Shown: in pieces, positions 1-9,755 of the stretch
How the letters are laid out: each line of letters starts with the position of its first letter
How positions within the stretch are numbered: the stretch's first letter is position 1
Sequence record: NC_005859.1
Strand: one strand, 5' to 3'
DNA: 64,000 nt
From: Escherichia phage T5
The notes under the pieces: generated by a model
Told to the model about the DNA's origin: nothing
What the model saw: only the letters and a program-made list of their open reading frames with translations
Databases searched by the model: none
Position numbers and translations under genes: made by a program

Positions 1-72
1 TGTCCACTGCCTCCGGCGAAAATACTTAGTCTGCTAACCGCCACCCCCGTTACTATTACCATGCTAACTGTT

Positions 73-103
73 TCACCCTGCAACCATTTTAATTGCAGGG
101 TGA
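73..103. other. perfect hairpin downstream of dmp
   Basis: inverted repeat TCACCCTGCAA...TTGCAGGGTGA; no clear U-tract on either strand. Confidence 0.5.
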
Positions 104-123
104 AACAATTTCAACTTTAATTA

Positions 124-858
124 TTACGCAACTTTTAATTTCTCAATATATTGTTGCGGGCTGCAACTATATTCTGCGCGTTCTTCTTCGGTCATACCTT
201 CCCAACATAATTGCAGGCGGTCGGCTAGGAACTGATAATCATTATCATCCTCAAGAGATTCATCAATAAAGGTTTCACCTATCAATGTCACGCCGATTGA
301 TAGAATATCATTAACGGCTTGTGCGTCCAGCGTTTTAAATCCGTATGACGCTGCCGCTGATAGCACGCCTTTATGATCATCAATCATTGTAAAATCAGCG
401 TTCGGATATAATTGTTTGAATAGCCCAAAATAGTAACTTTTATAAACTGCGTCTTTGCTGTGGTATATCTCGCTAACTTTATCAGCCTCAAAATATTTGT
501 GTAGTGTATCGCGGGAAAATACACGGATATTACTATCACCACGACCGCGCAACCCTTGTTTACGCAAATAATAATAGTCCGACTTGCTCATTAGTCGAGC
601 GGTGCAAATAATGTTTAAAGTATTTGCGTCATTCATGCACTGGCGCATATATGTAACAAGGGGCAATAGTGTATCTTGCATTATTAAATCATGTTTGCAG
701 GCTTCATTTTTATACTTATTTAAATCTAAATTGCCCTCGCTATCAAAGCAAGGCGCTACACGATGAAACGAATTAATGATAGTGCCGTCCAGATCCCAAA
801 TCATGACGCGGGAAATATGCGGGAAATTACGGGTAATATTCGTTTTAACTTGATTCAT
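124..858 (-). CDS. dmp: 5'-deoxyribonucleotidase, HAD-superfamily (Dmp-like)
   Basis: 244 aa; N-terminal DxDGT motif (VMIWDLDGTII) typical of HAD phosphatases; position as last gene of leftward pre-early operon. Confidence 0.75.
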   Translation of the reverse strand: MNQVKTNITRNFPHISRVMIWDLDGTIINSFHRVAPCFDSEGNLDLNKYKNEACKHDLIMQDTLLPLVTYMRQCMNDANTLNIICTARLMSKSDYYYLRKQGLRGRGDSNIRVFSRDTLHKYFEADKVSEIYHSKDAVYKSYYFGLFKQLYPNADFTMIDDHKGVLSAAASYGFKTLDAQAVNDILSIGVTLIGETFIDESLEDDNDYQFLADRLQLCWEGMTEEERAEYSCSPQQYIEKLKVA

Positions 859-938
859 TTTGTTACGTTCTCCATTTGAGGGATTAGATTAATTCAGCAT
901 TACCCGCTATTAAATAGCGGGTAATAATAAATTAACTA

Positions 939-1334
939 TTAAAGGCCATACGCTAGCGCATCAGCGATAAAACTAACATCCTCGCCCGATACGCTGGAAC
1001 GAATGCCAGCGCATGTATACACCTTTGCGCTCATTAGCTGATCATCAAGGCAAGCGGGGCAAGGTGCGACTACTGCGAAAGCTAAACCGGATTTTACCGC
1101 GTCAATAATGATTGTTTCCTGTTTCATAGTGTCAACATAAACACCTTTTGCTTTAATATGGCTTGTTAGTTTGCCCTGCATATATGCAAACGTTGTAACT
1201 TGCATCGCGTCATTGAAATCTAATAGCTCATCAATAACGTGACCGGCCTCGACGTGATAACGCTGACCATTAGAATAAACCAGAACAATAGAAGACTGAG
1301 CGCGATCGAATGGGATACGGTTAGATTTAGCCAT
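939..1334 (-). CDS. hypothetical pre-early protein
   Basis: 131-aa ORF co-oriented with pre-early block; no recognisable motif. Confidence 0.5.
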   Translation of the reverse strand: MAKSNRIPFDRAQSSIVLVYSNGQRYHVEAGHVIDELLDFNDAMQVTTFAYMQGKLTSHIKAKGVYVDTMKQETIIIDAVKSGLAFAVVAPCPACLDDQLMSAKVYTCAGIRSSVSGEDVSFIADALAYGL

Positions 1335-1370
1335 GTTTATAACTCCAATTAGTTTAATAAGGGATTTAAT

Positions 1371-1649
1371 TTATTTGCTAGCTTCAAGACTTACAACAAA
1401 AGCGAGATTTGTTTCTTTCCATACGTCAGGAATATCATTTTCCTGTAAATGGTCTTTCGCTTCATACTCATTTTCAAAAGAATAAAAATCGCCGGACTCA
1501 ATTATATAAATATGCCCGTTTAGTTCATTTTGATAAATATAACAATTATTATCTTTTAAATTGCGGTATACAGTACCATGCCGTAAAACATCAAGCGACC
1601 ATGTATCAGCGGTGTTTTTCATGCTGGGAAGATTAATTTTAATAGCCAT
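1371..1649 (-). CDS. hypothetical protein
   Basis: 92-aa ORF, tightly spaced in operon. Confidence 0.45.
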   Translation of the reverse strand: MAIKINLPSMKNTADTWSLDVLRHGTVYRNLKDNNCYIYQNELNGHIYIIESGDFYSFENEYEAKDHLQENDIPDVWKETNLAFVVSLEASK

Positions 1650-1705
1650 TTAATTTAGCTCCTGTAATAGCGGCTATATCTCAAGCCGCTAGGGGAATAA
1701 TTTAA

Positions 1706-3376
1706 TTACGCAAAGAATTTACCATTCTTAAAGTCAATCAAAGTGCGTTGACCGTTTGCATAGGTAATAATATGCGTTTGAGTCCAGCTAGACGCGCCAA
1801 CGTTGTAACCCATGTCCAGACTACCAGTCACGCCAGCGGTATAAACGCCGCCGTAAATGCTGGCGGTGTGGGTGTGTCCGGTGTTTAATTTGCCCAATTT
1901 CTTAAACTGTTTCGGGTTGCCACGGCTCCCGTTAATGCCGTTGTGACCGTGTACGCCGCATTCAATGCCTGCAATCTTGAAAGATTGGTCAGTGGTCAGG
2001 AAAATGGCGTTAAATTCACAGCCTGCAACCTTGCGCAGCGCATAATCAAGCACGTTAAAAGTATCGTCTTTTTCTGCAATAGCTCCATAAATCGCAGCAT
2101 TCAGGCGGTGATATAGTTCCGCGTTTGCTGGGTCGTCTTTAATGTTAGCATTACGATCATCTAACCAGCGGGATAGCGCCAGATCATGATTAGATTCAAC
2201 AATGATTGTTTGAGAAAAATCACGCTCCATTGATTCCAGTACGCGCCCCGTATCGATAAGATCATCTAATACCTTATCACGTCCGGCGGCATATTGTTTC
2301 GCTAGGAATACGCCAGATGCGCGGTTGTGATGGTTGCGTGATGTAAAATCATGCACGTCGTGTACAAACTGATATTTTGGTTTAAGAATATCAACAAGCC
2401 CGTAGGTGTCACCATGCCCCCAAGACGCAGCGGCGCACTCCTCATCTAATTTTTCAGCGTGAATGTCGCCATATTGTAAACCTAAAACGTGCCCCGTTGT
2501 TTCATAACATCCGGCAGGAGTGGCGCAAGTATTCAAATCATAAAACACGCCGCTCTCGTCCATCGTTTCAAGCTGGCGCACAAAAAACTCACCGTCCTCG
2601 TCAAACTCAACAATAAGCGCACCGAAGTTATGCAGCGCCTCGGCCTTTTGTCCTGCTTTCTGCTGGATGTAATTTTTTAGCGTTGCCGTTCCGGTTGAAT
2701 ACATACGGCGCACAATTTCACCTTTTAAAGCTGGCACGCTTTCGGCGGTGATTTTAGCCGCTCCAATTGCTAGACCTTCAAGATTCAGCGCGGTTGCAGT
2801 TTCAGCGAATCCAGAAAGCGGATAATCTGCGGTGGGTAAAACGTTAATTTCAGCCATGAAAGCAAATCGGCGATTATTTAAAAACACGTTTTTATTGCAG
2901 ATATATTTGTCAAATGCGGAATCGTATCTGATACCGTCGGCGCCCTCGCCATTTTGAAAACCGTTTTTGTTATAGATAAACTTGCTAACCAGCAAATCAG
3001 CGCCGATAAATTGGGCGTATTGTTCAAGTGAGGCTAAAAAGTTTTTATGCGGGAACGTATTATTCTGAATCGATGTAATAATAAAGCGTTTACCTTGTTT
3101 TACTTCCCATTGCTCAACCGTGCTAGAAACAATCCCCGCCGCTTCTGGGCGCTCATCGTTTTTAATGGCTTTTGCTACTTTCGCCGCTTTCGGTTTCGCT
3201 GGTTTATTTGCTTCCAGCCAGTCACAAATTGCGGTAGAGTGTTTTGTTGTATCGTAAACCATTTTTGAAATATCGTCGCAAACTTCCAATTTAGTAGCGC
3301 GCAGACGTTTACCGTAGAAATTAAAGTCAGCGGCCATTTTCAGGATAACGGTTTGTTTTTCTGCGGAAATAACCAT
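1706..3376 (-). CDS. A1: A1-like pre-early protein, calcineurin-like metallophosphoesterase/nuclease
   Basis: 556 aa; metallophosphoesterase motifs GDIHAE, ESNHD, GHTHT; size and position match T5 A1. Confidence 0.8.
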   Translation of the reverse strand: MVISAEKQTVILKMAADFNFYGKRLRATKLEVCDDISKMVYDTTKHSTAICDWLEANKPAKPKAAKVAKAIKNDERPEAAGIVSSTVEQWEVKQGKRFIITSIQNNTFPHKNFLASLEQYAQFIGADLLVSKFIYNKNGFQNGEGADGIRYDSAFDKYICNKNVFLNNRRFAFMAEINVLPTADYPLSGFAETATALNLEGLAIGAAKITAESVPALKGEIVRRMYSTGTATLKNYIQQKAGQKAEALHNFGALIVEFDEDGEFFVRQLETMDESGVFYDLNTCATPAGCYETTGHVLGLQYGDIHAEKLDEECAAASWGHGDTYGLVDILKPKYQFVHDVHDFTSRNHHNRASGVFLAKQYAAGRDKVLDDLIDTGRVLESMERDFSQTIIVESNHDLALSRWLDDRNANIKDDPANAELYHRLNAAIYGAIAEKDDTFNVLDYALRKVAGCEFNAIFLTTDQSFKIAGIECGVHGHNGINGSRGNPKQFKKLGKLNTGHTHTASIYGGVYTAGVTGSLDMGYNVGASSWTQTHIITYANGQRTLIDFKNGKFFA

Positions 3377-3472
3377 AATAATAAAACTCCATTAAAGGGA
3401 TTAAAAAACGTTTGTTATTGGCAATATTGCCAAATATAACGCCTTGAATAATAGGCGTTATAATTTGCAACA

Positions 3473-3670
3473 TTAATTTAAAGGCATAAGGCTAGAACTA
3501 ACACCACAAGCAACGGCGGCAATAAAACAAATCAGACCTAAACGCTTTGCTAACTTAGATTTACGTTTAAAATAATACGAATCTAAATCATTTTGAAAAT
3601 AAGCGAACAATAACGAGGCCGCCATAATAAACAAGCCTAGAATGAGGGATTCAGTAGGGTAAAAGATCAT
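3473..3670 (-). CDS. small membrane protein
   Basis: 65 aa, two hydrophobic segments. Confidence 0.4.
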   Translation of the reverse strand: MIFYPTESLILGLFIMAASLLFAYFQNDLDSYYFKRKSKLAKRLGLICFIAAVACGVSSSLMPLN

Positions 3671-3726
3671 TTTAAAACTCCAGTCAAAGGGAAATTATAG
3701 TGGGGAATATTCCCCACTAATTAAAT

Positions 3727-4134
3727 TTATTCGCCTGCGGCTTGTTTTACTTCATCGGCAACGCCTAACAGTTGCGCCACGGCGTCCAGCGTTTCCAATT
3801 TTGCACTTTCCAGTGATGCCAGATCGTCAGCGTCTTTGATAATACCGGAATCGATGGCATGTTTTGCAATCACACGCACGTAGTGCGCTTTGCGGATAGA
3901 ACTGCCGCCGCCAACCTTGCGAGGTTTATCGCTTTTCTGATACGCTTTCGCGCTGGTCAATTTTGAGCGAACAGACACGGGAGAAGCCGCGCCAACTGCT
4001 TTTGCAATCTCTTTTAAACCGTCGCTATTTGCGAAATCTAAACCGTTTTCATTAATTAACTGCTGGTACATGGAAACAGCTTTCTGAGTGTTTTCTTCAT
4101 TCCAAGCGAATTTTGCGGTTTTAGCGTTAGTCAT
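3727..4134 (-). CDS. basic DNA-binding-like protein (possible A2)
   Basis: 135 aa (~14 kDa), basic patch KPRKVGGGSSIRKAHYVR; located directly upstream of A1 in the leftward operon; A2 assignment is inference. Confidence 0.45.
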   Translation of the reverse strand: MTNAKTAKFAWNEENTQKAVSMYQQLINENGLDFANSDGLKEIAKAVGAASPVSVRSKLTSAKAYQKSDKPRKVGGGSSIRKAHYVRVIAKHAIDSGIIKDADDLASLESAKLETLDAVAQLLGVADEVKQAAGE

Positions 4135-4229
4135 GATGTAACTCCTGTTTATTTAATTTAAGGGATAAGATTAACATAATGTTAATCGTTATATCCCCCG
4201 AACTACTGGGGGATATAAAAGTAACACTA

Positions 4230-4481
4230 TTACGCTACGGCTTCCCATTTTTCGTTACGCTGGGCAACCTTTACAACGTCGCCGGATTTAACCCGAACGT
4301 TGTAAACAGTTTTTCCGTTGTTACTCCGTTCCGTTTCAGCGTATACCGCATCAATTACATCAAACGGCATAAGCGCCGCGCCTTTAATGCGTTCGGTTTT
4401 TCCGGTTACCTCATCCGTTTTAGTAACGAAAGGGATAAAAACGGATTGACCAATTTTTGGCGCAGTAGTAACGTTTTGCAT
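4230..4481 (-). CDS. hypothetical protein
   Basis: 83-aa ORF with GGAG ~9 nt upstream of ATG. Confidence 0.5.
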   Translation of the reverse strand: MQNVTTAPKIGQSVFIPFVTKTDEVTGKTERIKGAALMPFDVIDAVYAETERSNNGKTVYNVRVKSGDVVKVAQRNEKWEAVA

Positions 4482-4683
4482 AATATAAACTCCAGTTTAT
4501 TAAGGGGGATTGTTCCGCATTACCTGCTGTAAAAGTAGTGGCAGGTAATAAGCAACAATCCGCTCGCCAATATAATCAATTTAAAGAACTCCACTCAGGC
4601 CGCTATATCCCAGTTAGGGGGCGGGACACATTATGGTAAGTGCCGACCGTCATATTTTATCAAGTTATCGCTCTCATCGAACT

Positions 4684-4974
4684 GGGTACATCTTAAAGCC
4701 TATCGGCTAGGGTGTCAAACTATTTTTTGCAGTTTTTTATGATTTTCTTTCAAGTCAATCATAATGTTTCGCCAGATCATTTCCAGACCTTGCTGGCGGC
4801 CTTTCTTGTACTGCCTAAATCGATATTTTACCGATTGCTGGGCTATTGTCAACAATTTTTTAGTAGTACCATCTAATTTTTTAGCTGGTTTACCAGTGAT
4901 CAATAAAGTTTGTTTCATATCGTCGATTCCTTATAATATATAAGTTTACCGCCGATAGACTTTAAGATGTACCC
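4684..4974. repeat. 24-bp inverted repeat pair flanking a small basic ORF
   Basis: GGGTACATCTTAAAGCCTATCGGC (4684-4707) and its reverse complement (4951-4974), 23/24 identity. Confidence 0.7.
4715..4918 (-). CDS. small basic protein
   Basis: 67 aa Lys/Arg-rich ORF lying between a 24-bp inverted repeat pair. Confidence 0.35.
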   Translation of the reverse strand: MKQTLLITGKPAKKLDGTTKKLLTIAQQSVKYRFRQYKKGRQQGLEMIWRNIMIDLKENHKKLQKIV

Positions 4975-5410
4975 AATTTTTAAAGAGCGTGGCGGTAAAC
5001 TTCCCGCCGTGTAGTTCGTCATTGCCGCCCTACGAGATAAATAATAGGGGATACCCAAAAATGGCGCAACCTTATTTTTGTAAAGAAACGTAAAGAAGGC
5101 AACACGTCCGGCGCTCACCTAAGTTTAAAGGAAACGGGCGCGCGAATACCATAAAACCTAGCAGGTTGGCAAGTAATTTTTTCCTTTATATTTGCCTTGC
5201 CCTAGTTGACAAATCTTAGAAAGCTCGTGGTGACGATAAACGGGTTATCCCCTTATGATGGGATGCCTGAAAAATTTACCGCGTCAGAAAGCGTTTTAGG
5301 CGGCTTATTTTCGATTTAACAAATATTTAACAAAAGCAAAATTGAAAAATAGTTGGAAAAGATATTGACTTTTAAAAATCAAGACTAAACGAGTTATTTT
5401 ATAAAATTAA

Positions 5411-5929
5411 TTAATTGACAATTCCAAATTCAGCTTTTTTAGTTTCTACCCATAATAATAACTCTTGTAAATCATAACCTGATTTACTAACACTTTTGTT
5501 ACTAGTAGGATCTTTAACTATAGCGCGCAAATAGTTTCTTCCGTTATTATCAACTCTAGAACCATTATAATAGATATGCTTAGGCAACTTATTAGCACGC
5601 TTATAATCTTTCTTGTTATTCATATTCTGCTTATGGTCTACTAAGCGAAGATTATTAATGTTATTATTAGCACGGTTACGATCATTATGATCGATTGTTA
5701 GATTGCTATCAATCTCACCATTAAATAATACCCATATTATTCTATGCACTGCGTATTGTTCGCCTGCTAACTTTACTCGATAGTAACCTGTGTTACTATA
5801 ATGCCCTGCAATATCACCCACCTTACTATTACCTTTCTGTACTTTCCATCTTAGAAATGATGGGGATGTTTCATCATAATAAAAGTTATCATTAGCAAGC
5901 GAATAATCTATATCTTTAAATAGACCCAT
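5411..5929 (-). CDS. HNH homing endonuclease
   Basis: 172 aa; HNH core IDHNDRNRANNNINNLRLVDHKQN. Confidence 0.8.
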   Translation of the reverse strand: MGLFKDIDYSLANDNFYYDETSPSFLRWKVQKGNSKVGDIAGHYSNTGYYRVKLAGEQYAVHRIIWVLFNGEIDSNLTIDHNDRNRANNNINNLRLVDHKQNMNNKKDYKRANKLPKHIYYNGSRVDNNGRNYLRAIVKDPTSNKSVSKSGYDLQELLLWVETKKAEFGIVN

Positions 5930-6186
5930 TGTTATAGTTTCCTTATGTTATTAATTTAATCTCTATTATATTATATCAAAACCATTAGCAAACTACCTAA
6001 TGAGTTTTTCAGGTTTAATTAGCAGACTCATAATCACTTTAAAATCCTATTAGCCAACTAACTATATTTTGTTATATAATAACTGCATAAATTAGTTAGT
6101 GAGAAACACTATCATTTAAGTTATCCACAGCCTTATACATTTTGTAAATTAACTTGACACAATAGGAAGGCTTTATAGCACTTTTA

Positions 6187-6238
6187 CACAGACTTATCCA
6201 CAGGTTATTCCACTGTATAAATATACAGGGTAAATGGA
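6187..6238. repeat. left arm of ~40-bp inverted repeat with DnaA-box-like site
   Basis: contains TTATCCACA (6194-6202) and palindrome CTGTATAAATATACAG; reverse complement matches 9420-9460. Confidence 0.65.
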
Positions 6239-6433
6239 AAACATATTATAATGATGCCCAAAATAAGCGGCCTAAAACGCTTTCTAACGAGCAAAACGCT
6301 ATAGGGTAATATTAAAGTAAAGCCTCAACGCGTCGCCCTGGTGGCTTCGCCGTGTTTTGCTCTTTACTATACCGCTGCGCGGTTAGCATAAAACTAGGCG
6401 CTAGGCAAGGAAAATAAAAAGGTAAAATAATAT

Positions 6434-6462
6434 TTGCCTATGCTAGAAAATTACCTTTATCA
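6434..6462 (+). promoter_or_regulatory. sigma70-like promoter for 6495..7505
   Basis: -35 TTGCCT, 17-bp spacer, -10 TTATCA/TATCAT. Confidence 0.45.
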
Positions 6463-6494
6463 TTCACTCACCGATTAACGAGGGAGGCCAACAA

Positions 6495-7505
6495 ATGCGG
6501 CTATATAAACCAGATAACGCAACCGTCTTAAAGGGCGCCTTGCGCAACCTGCTGGATGGTAGCAGGACAACCAGCATTAAACATTTTATTAACAAGGCTG
6601 AAACTATTCACCAAAACTTTTTTAATGATTATGATGCCTATGATATGGATAGTTTTCTACCCCTATATAAGCAGGGGGCAACGATTATCTTATATAATCG
6701 TGATTGCCATATCTTTACGGGCAGGGGAGCGGGGCCGGATACTGATTTTATTGTTGCGCAGGGTAATAATATCGTTGCGTATCATAGCAATTCAGGCCGT
6801 CAATCATTTAATATAAATAATTTTGAGCTTGTTGGGCTTGAATTAATAAACGGACTTTCTAGCCTTGAGGGATTTTTAGATGTTATCTGGAAGTATTTAT
6901 CTGCTGGATGGCATAGACCTGATAGTGATGGATCTCAATATACGGCTGTAATGGCTTTTGATGGCGACGGTAATTTTTTATTACCATCGGAATTATATCC
7001 GTATGTATATAATGAGCTAGTACAAGAAGCGGGTTTTATTTTCTGGAAAGATGAGAATCAGATCATTGACAACACGGAAAAACATGCTGTAAATTCTAAC
7101 ACTCAAAGCGTTAACACTCAAATCACTGAAAACAAAGGAAAAAATGCCATGACCAAGATCGCTAATATCGTTGCCGCTAATAAATCCGCCGTTGTAAATG
7201 CTGCAAAACTGGAAGCGGGCAAAATTGCATTAACTCAAATCACGAAAGTAGCGGCTAAAAAAGCACCATTTATGATTAAAGGTTATATTGATACGCCTAT
7301 TGGTCGGGTAGTTATTGCTAACCTGCTGAGCGTAGCGGTTGACCAGTACGCCCCTAGCAACCAAAAGGCGAAAGCGGTAGCGGGTGCAGCTATGGAAGCG
7401 GCTATGCTAGAAATGGTGCAAAGTTTTAACATCGCTGAAATGATTGATGAAATGGTGAAAGGTATTGATATTTCTACTTTTACCGTTAACACCGAAAGCG
7501 AGTAA
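6495..7505 (+). CDS. hypothetical protein (IR-flanked cassette)
   Basis: 336-aa ORF; SD GGGAGG 7 nt upstream; candidate promoter and downstream terminator. Confidence 0.65.
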   Translation: MRLYKPDNATVLKGALRNLLDGSRTTSIKHFINKAETIHQNFFNDYDAYDMDSFLPLYKQGATIILYNRDCHIFTGRGAGPDTDFIVAQGNNIVAYHSNSGRQSFNINNFELVGLELINGLSSLEGFLDVIWKYLSAGWHRPDSDGSQYTAVMAFDGDGNFLLPSELYPYVYNELVQEAGFIFWKDENQIIDNTEKHAVNSNTQSVNTQITENKGKNAMTKIANIVAANKSAVVNAAKLEAGKIALTQITKVAAKKAPFMIKGYIDTPIGRVVIANLLSVAVDQYAPSNQKAKAVAGAAMEAAMLEMVQSFNIAEMIDEMVKGIDISTFTVNTESE

Positions 7506-7532
7506 TAATTAACCTAATGTAAAGTTTTGTAA

Positions 7533-7559
7533 AGGTCGCCATAATCGGCGGCCTTTTTT
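7533..7559 (+). terminator. intrinsic terminator
   Basis: stem AGGTCGCC/GGCGGCCT (one mismatch) followed by TTTTTT. Confidence 0.55.
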
Positions 7560-7623
7560 GTTATAATGCCTTTACACCGTTTGAGGACGGTTGAAAATTT
7601 TCCCAAAATTTTGGAGGCTTAAA

Positions 7624-7854
7624 ATGGTTGCTTATTCTTCTTCTGACGCTCTTTTCACTGGAAAAGGCTGGGTATCAAATCGCTGGATCATTCAAGAAAT
7701 GGTGCAGGAGTTCGGCATTGCTAAAACTTACACTACCATTCAGGCGCTTTATGATAATGATCAAATCGATCAGCAAACGGCGGGCTTTTTGCTGGATACC
7801 CTGAAAGCGGAACACTGTACTAAAAAACAAGCCGCCAAAATTGTTTTAATGTAA
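7624..7854 (+). CDS. hypothetical protein
   Basis: ATG with TGGAGG SD; 77 aa. Confidence 0.45.
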   Translation: MVAYSSSDALFTGKGWVSNRWIIQEMVQEFGIAKTYTTIQALYDNDQIDQQTAGFLLDTLKAEHCTKKQAAKIVLM

Positions 7855-7903
7855 TTAATAACGGGGCGTTACTTTCGCCCCACTAACTAGGGGAGTATTA
7901 CAA

Positions 7904-8083
7904 ATGGTTATTTTTCGAGCTATTCTGGCAGGTATCTTGGGCGCTATTCTGACCCTTTTTGCTACCGCTTACGGTATTCAAGATTCTTATTGTGGTTTAG
8001 TAAATACTAAACCTATGGTTATTATTGGCGCGGGTATCGCTGTATTTTCTTATCTGCTGGGCTGCATGAATAAAGGAGAATAA
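7904..8083 (+). CDS. small membrane protein
   Basis: 59 aa, two predicted TM helices; GGGGAG SD upstream; below the 60-aa ORF-track cutoff. Confidence 0.4.
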   Translation: MVIFRAILAGILGAILTLFATAYGIQDSYCGLVNTKPMVIIGAGIAVFSYLLGCMNKGE

Positions 8084-8085
8084 AA

Positions 8086-8298
8086 ATGATCCGCAACGTT
8101 TCTCTTGCTCGTTCAAAGGGTTTTAAGCTGGTGGATGTTAACACATTCGAGCGGGAAGATTGTAAAATCGAATATGTAGCACGTAATAAAAACGCCTTTC
8201 GTGTTACAGAAAAGAAATTTGATAAGCGCGGCAACGTGATAGCTGAAACGGTTAAACATTTTGCCACCTTTTACGCGGCTTTTCGTGGAGTGTTATAA
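8086..8298 (+). CDS. hypothetical protein
   Basis: 70-aa ORF with AAGGAG SD. Confidence 0.45.
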   Translation: MIRNVSLARSKGFKLVDVNTFEREDCKIEYVARNKNAFRVTEKKFDKRGNVIAETVKHFATFYAAFRGVL

Positions 8299-8299
8299 A

Positions 8300-8644
8300 A
8301 TGGTAATTTATGAAGGCAATCGCTTTGTTGCTATTTGCCGACCGGGATTATTAGCAAACTACTTAAATCAGGTGTCACCTGAATATAAAGGCGTCATTAA
8401 TATTTATGAGGGCAAGGCGCATTATAAGATTAATGCGGTCGTTGCCCGTGAATTAGCATTTCAATTTTTGACTTTCGCATCTTGTGATATTCAGGTCATG
8501 GGTGAAGCGTTAATTGCAGAAAATGAAGATGATTTTATTAATATCTTCCGCAAGGTATACACCGAGCGCCTGATAATGAAAGGCGCATATATTCAGTCAA
8601 CTGCGGAAAGTATTGAAACAGCTTTCAGAAAGGTGGCGCAATGA
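8300..8644 (+). CDS. hypothetical protein
   Basis: 114 aa from internal ATG (MVIYEGN) preceded by GTGGAG. Confidence 0.5.
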   Translation: MVIYEGNRFVAICRPGLLANYLNQVSPEYKGVINIYEGKAHYKINAVVARELAFQFLTFASCDIQVMGEALIAENEDDFINIFRKVYTERLIMKGAYIQSTAESIETAFRKVAQ

Positions 8645-8659
8645 AGCTATATATTTTCG

Positions 8660-8938
8660 TTGGTAATGTTGAGGCTGCGAATGATTCCGCTGGTGGCGAT
8701 AACGTTCGCCACTATTGGCAAAAATATATTTACTAGGGTTATTATGATTACACTGATTTGCGTTAAAGCCGAAGGCGACACGATAGCGCGAGAAGGGCAA
8801 AAATATAAAGCCCAAAAAGATCAATTACTCAAAACAATTGAGCGTTACAAAATACCCGATCTCAAGTATTCCGTAGTAGGACGCGATGGGATTCTAAGGG
8901 CGACACTTGAGAACGCTATCTTTGAGATAGTCAACTAA
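8660..8938 (+). CDS. hypothetical protein
   Basis: 92-aa ORF, start uncertain. Confidence 0.35.
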   Translation: MVMLRLRMIPLVAITFATIGKNIFTRVIMITLICVKAEGDTIAREGQKYKAQKDQLLKTIERYKIPDLKYSVVGRDGILRATLENAIFEIVN

Positions 8939-8953
8939 TAACGGGGCGTTATT

Positions 8954-9157
8954 ATGAGCAATAAAATTATTGTGACCAAAACTACCACAATGGTAGACGT
9001 TTTTTATGTGCCCGATACGCCGGAGAATCGGGGAGCGGTCGAGCGGGGCGAGTATGATAGCGTTATTTATGATGCCGATGGTTATTATCAGCATTTGGTC
9101 GATTCCTACGGGGAAGAGGAGAAGATCACGCATCGATTACCCGAGGGGGATTTATGA
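8954..9157 (+). CDS. hypothetical acidic protein
   Basis: 67-aa ORF. Confidence 0.4.
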   Translation: MSNKIIVTKTTTMVDVFYVPDTPENRGAVERGEYDSVIYDADGYYQHLVDSYGEEEKITHRLPEGDL

Positions 9158-9405
9158 AACGATGGTTTAATCACTGGTATAAACGGTTTTTAGTACGGCA
9201 TCGCAAGTCTAGACAGCAAGATGATTGGCGGGAAATGGCAAAGCGTAACAATTGCCCACTTCTCTGATAACCGACGGGGATCAGCTCCCCGTTTTTCACG
9301 CCTCCAGTTAAATCCCCCTTTGTTTTAGTATCCCCATCAAAATTAAACGCGTTAGAATGCGATCTAGGACGTTTTAGGCATATATTAGAATTATTCACTG
9401 CGTAG

Positions 9406-9460
9406 GAATACTGTATAAATATACAGTAGGATAACCTGGGGATAAGTCTGTTGATAACGC
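9406..9460. repeat. right arm of ~40-bp inverted repeat
   Basis: CTGTATAAATATACAG then GGATAACCTGGGGATAAGTCTG, inverted relative to 6187-6238. Confidence 0.65.
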
Positions 9461-9509
9461 TTCAAAATGGCTAGGATTTTGTCAAGGCGAATCGTGCTGT
9501 TGATAAGTC

Positions 9510-9518
9510 TGTGGATAA
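9510..9518. promoter_or_regulatory. DnaA-box-like site
   Basis: TGTGGATAA, reverse complement of consensus TTATCCACA; further copies at 6121-6129 and 6194-6202. Confidence 0.5.
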
Positions 9519-9545
9519 CTTAAATAACAGTGTTTCTCACTTCCG

Positions 9546-9720
9546 TTTTTAAATACGAATCATTATCATTCGTATTCCGCTTTTTAAATGAGAATCATTC
9601 CGCTTTTTAAATGAGAATCATTTCACTTCCTGAATAGTTCTCATTCCCTTTCTTAAATGAGAATCATTATCATTTGCATTTCACTTTTTAAATGAGATTG
9701 ATTCTCATTATCATTCGCAT
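9546..9720. repeat. direct repeats with palindromic core AATGAGAATCATT
   Basis: about 5 tandem imperfect copies of CGCTTTTTAAATGAGAATCATT-like units. Confidence 0.7.
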
Positions 9721-9728
9721 TCAGGCGA

Positions 9729-9755
9729 GCAGGGCAATTGCCCTGCGCTTTTGTG
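9729..9755 (+). terminator. hairpin with T-tract
   Basis: palindrome CAGGGCAATTGCCCTG followed by CGCTTTTG. Confidence 0.45.

Noticed and set aside
584-3268. Small plus-strand ORFs inside dmp and A1 (584..766, 2489..2680, 3047..3268)
   Set aside because: Embedded antisense within well-supported long genes; no translation signals.
6187-9460. Classical IS element or transposon
   Set aside because: No transposase, integrase or recombinase-like ORF lies between the inverted repeats, and no target-site duplication was identified; kept as an IR-bracketed cassette instead.
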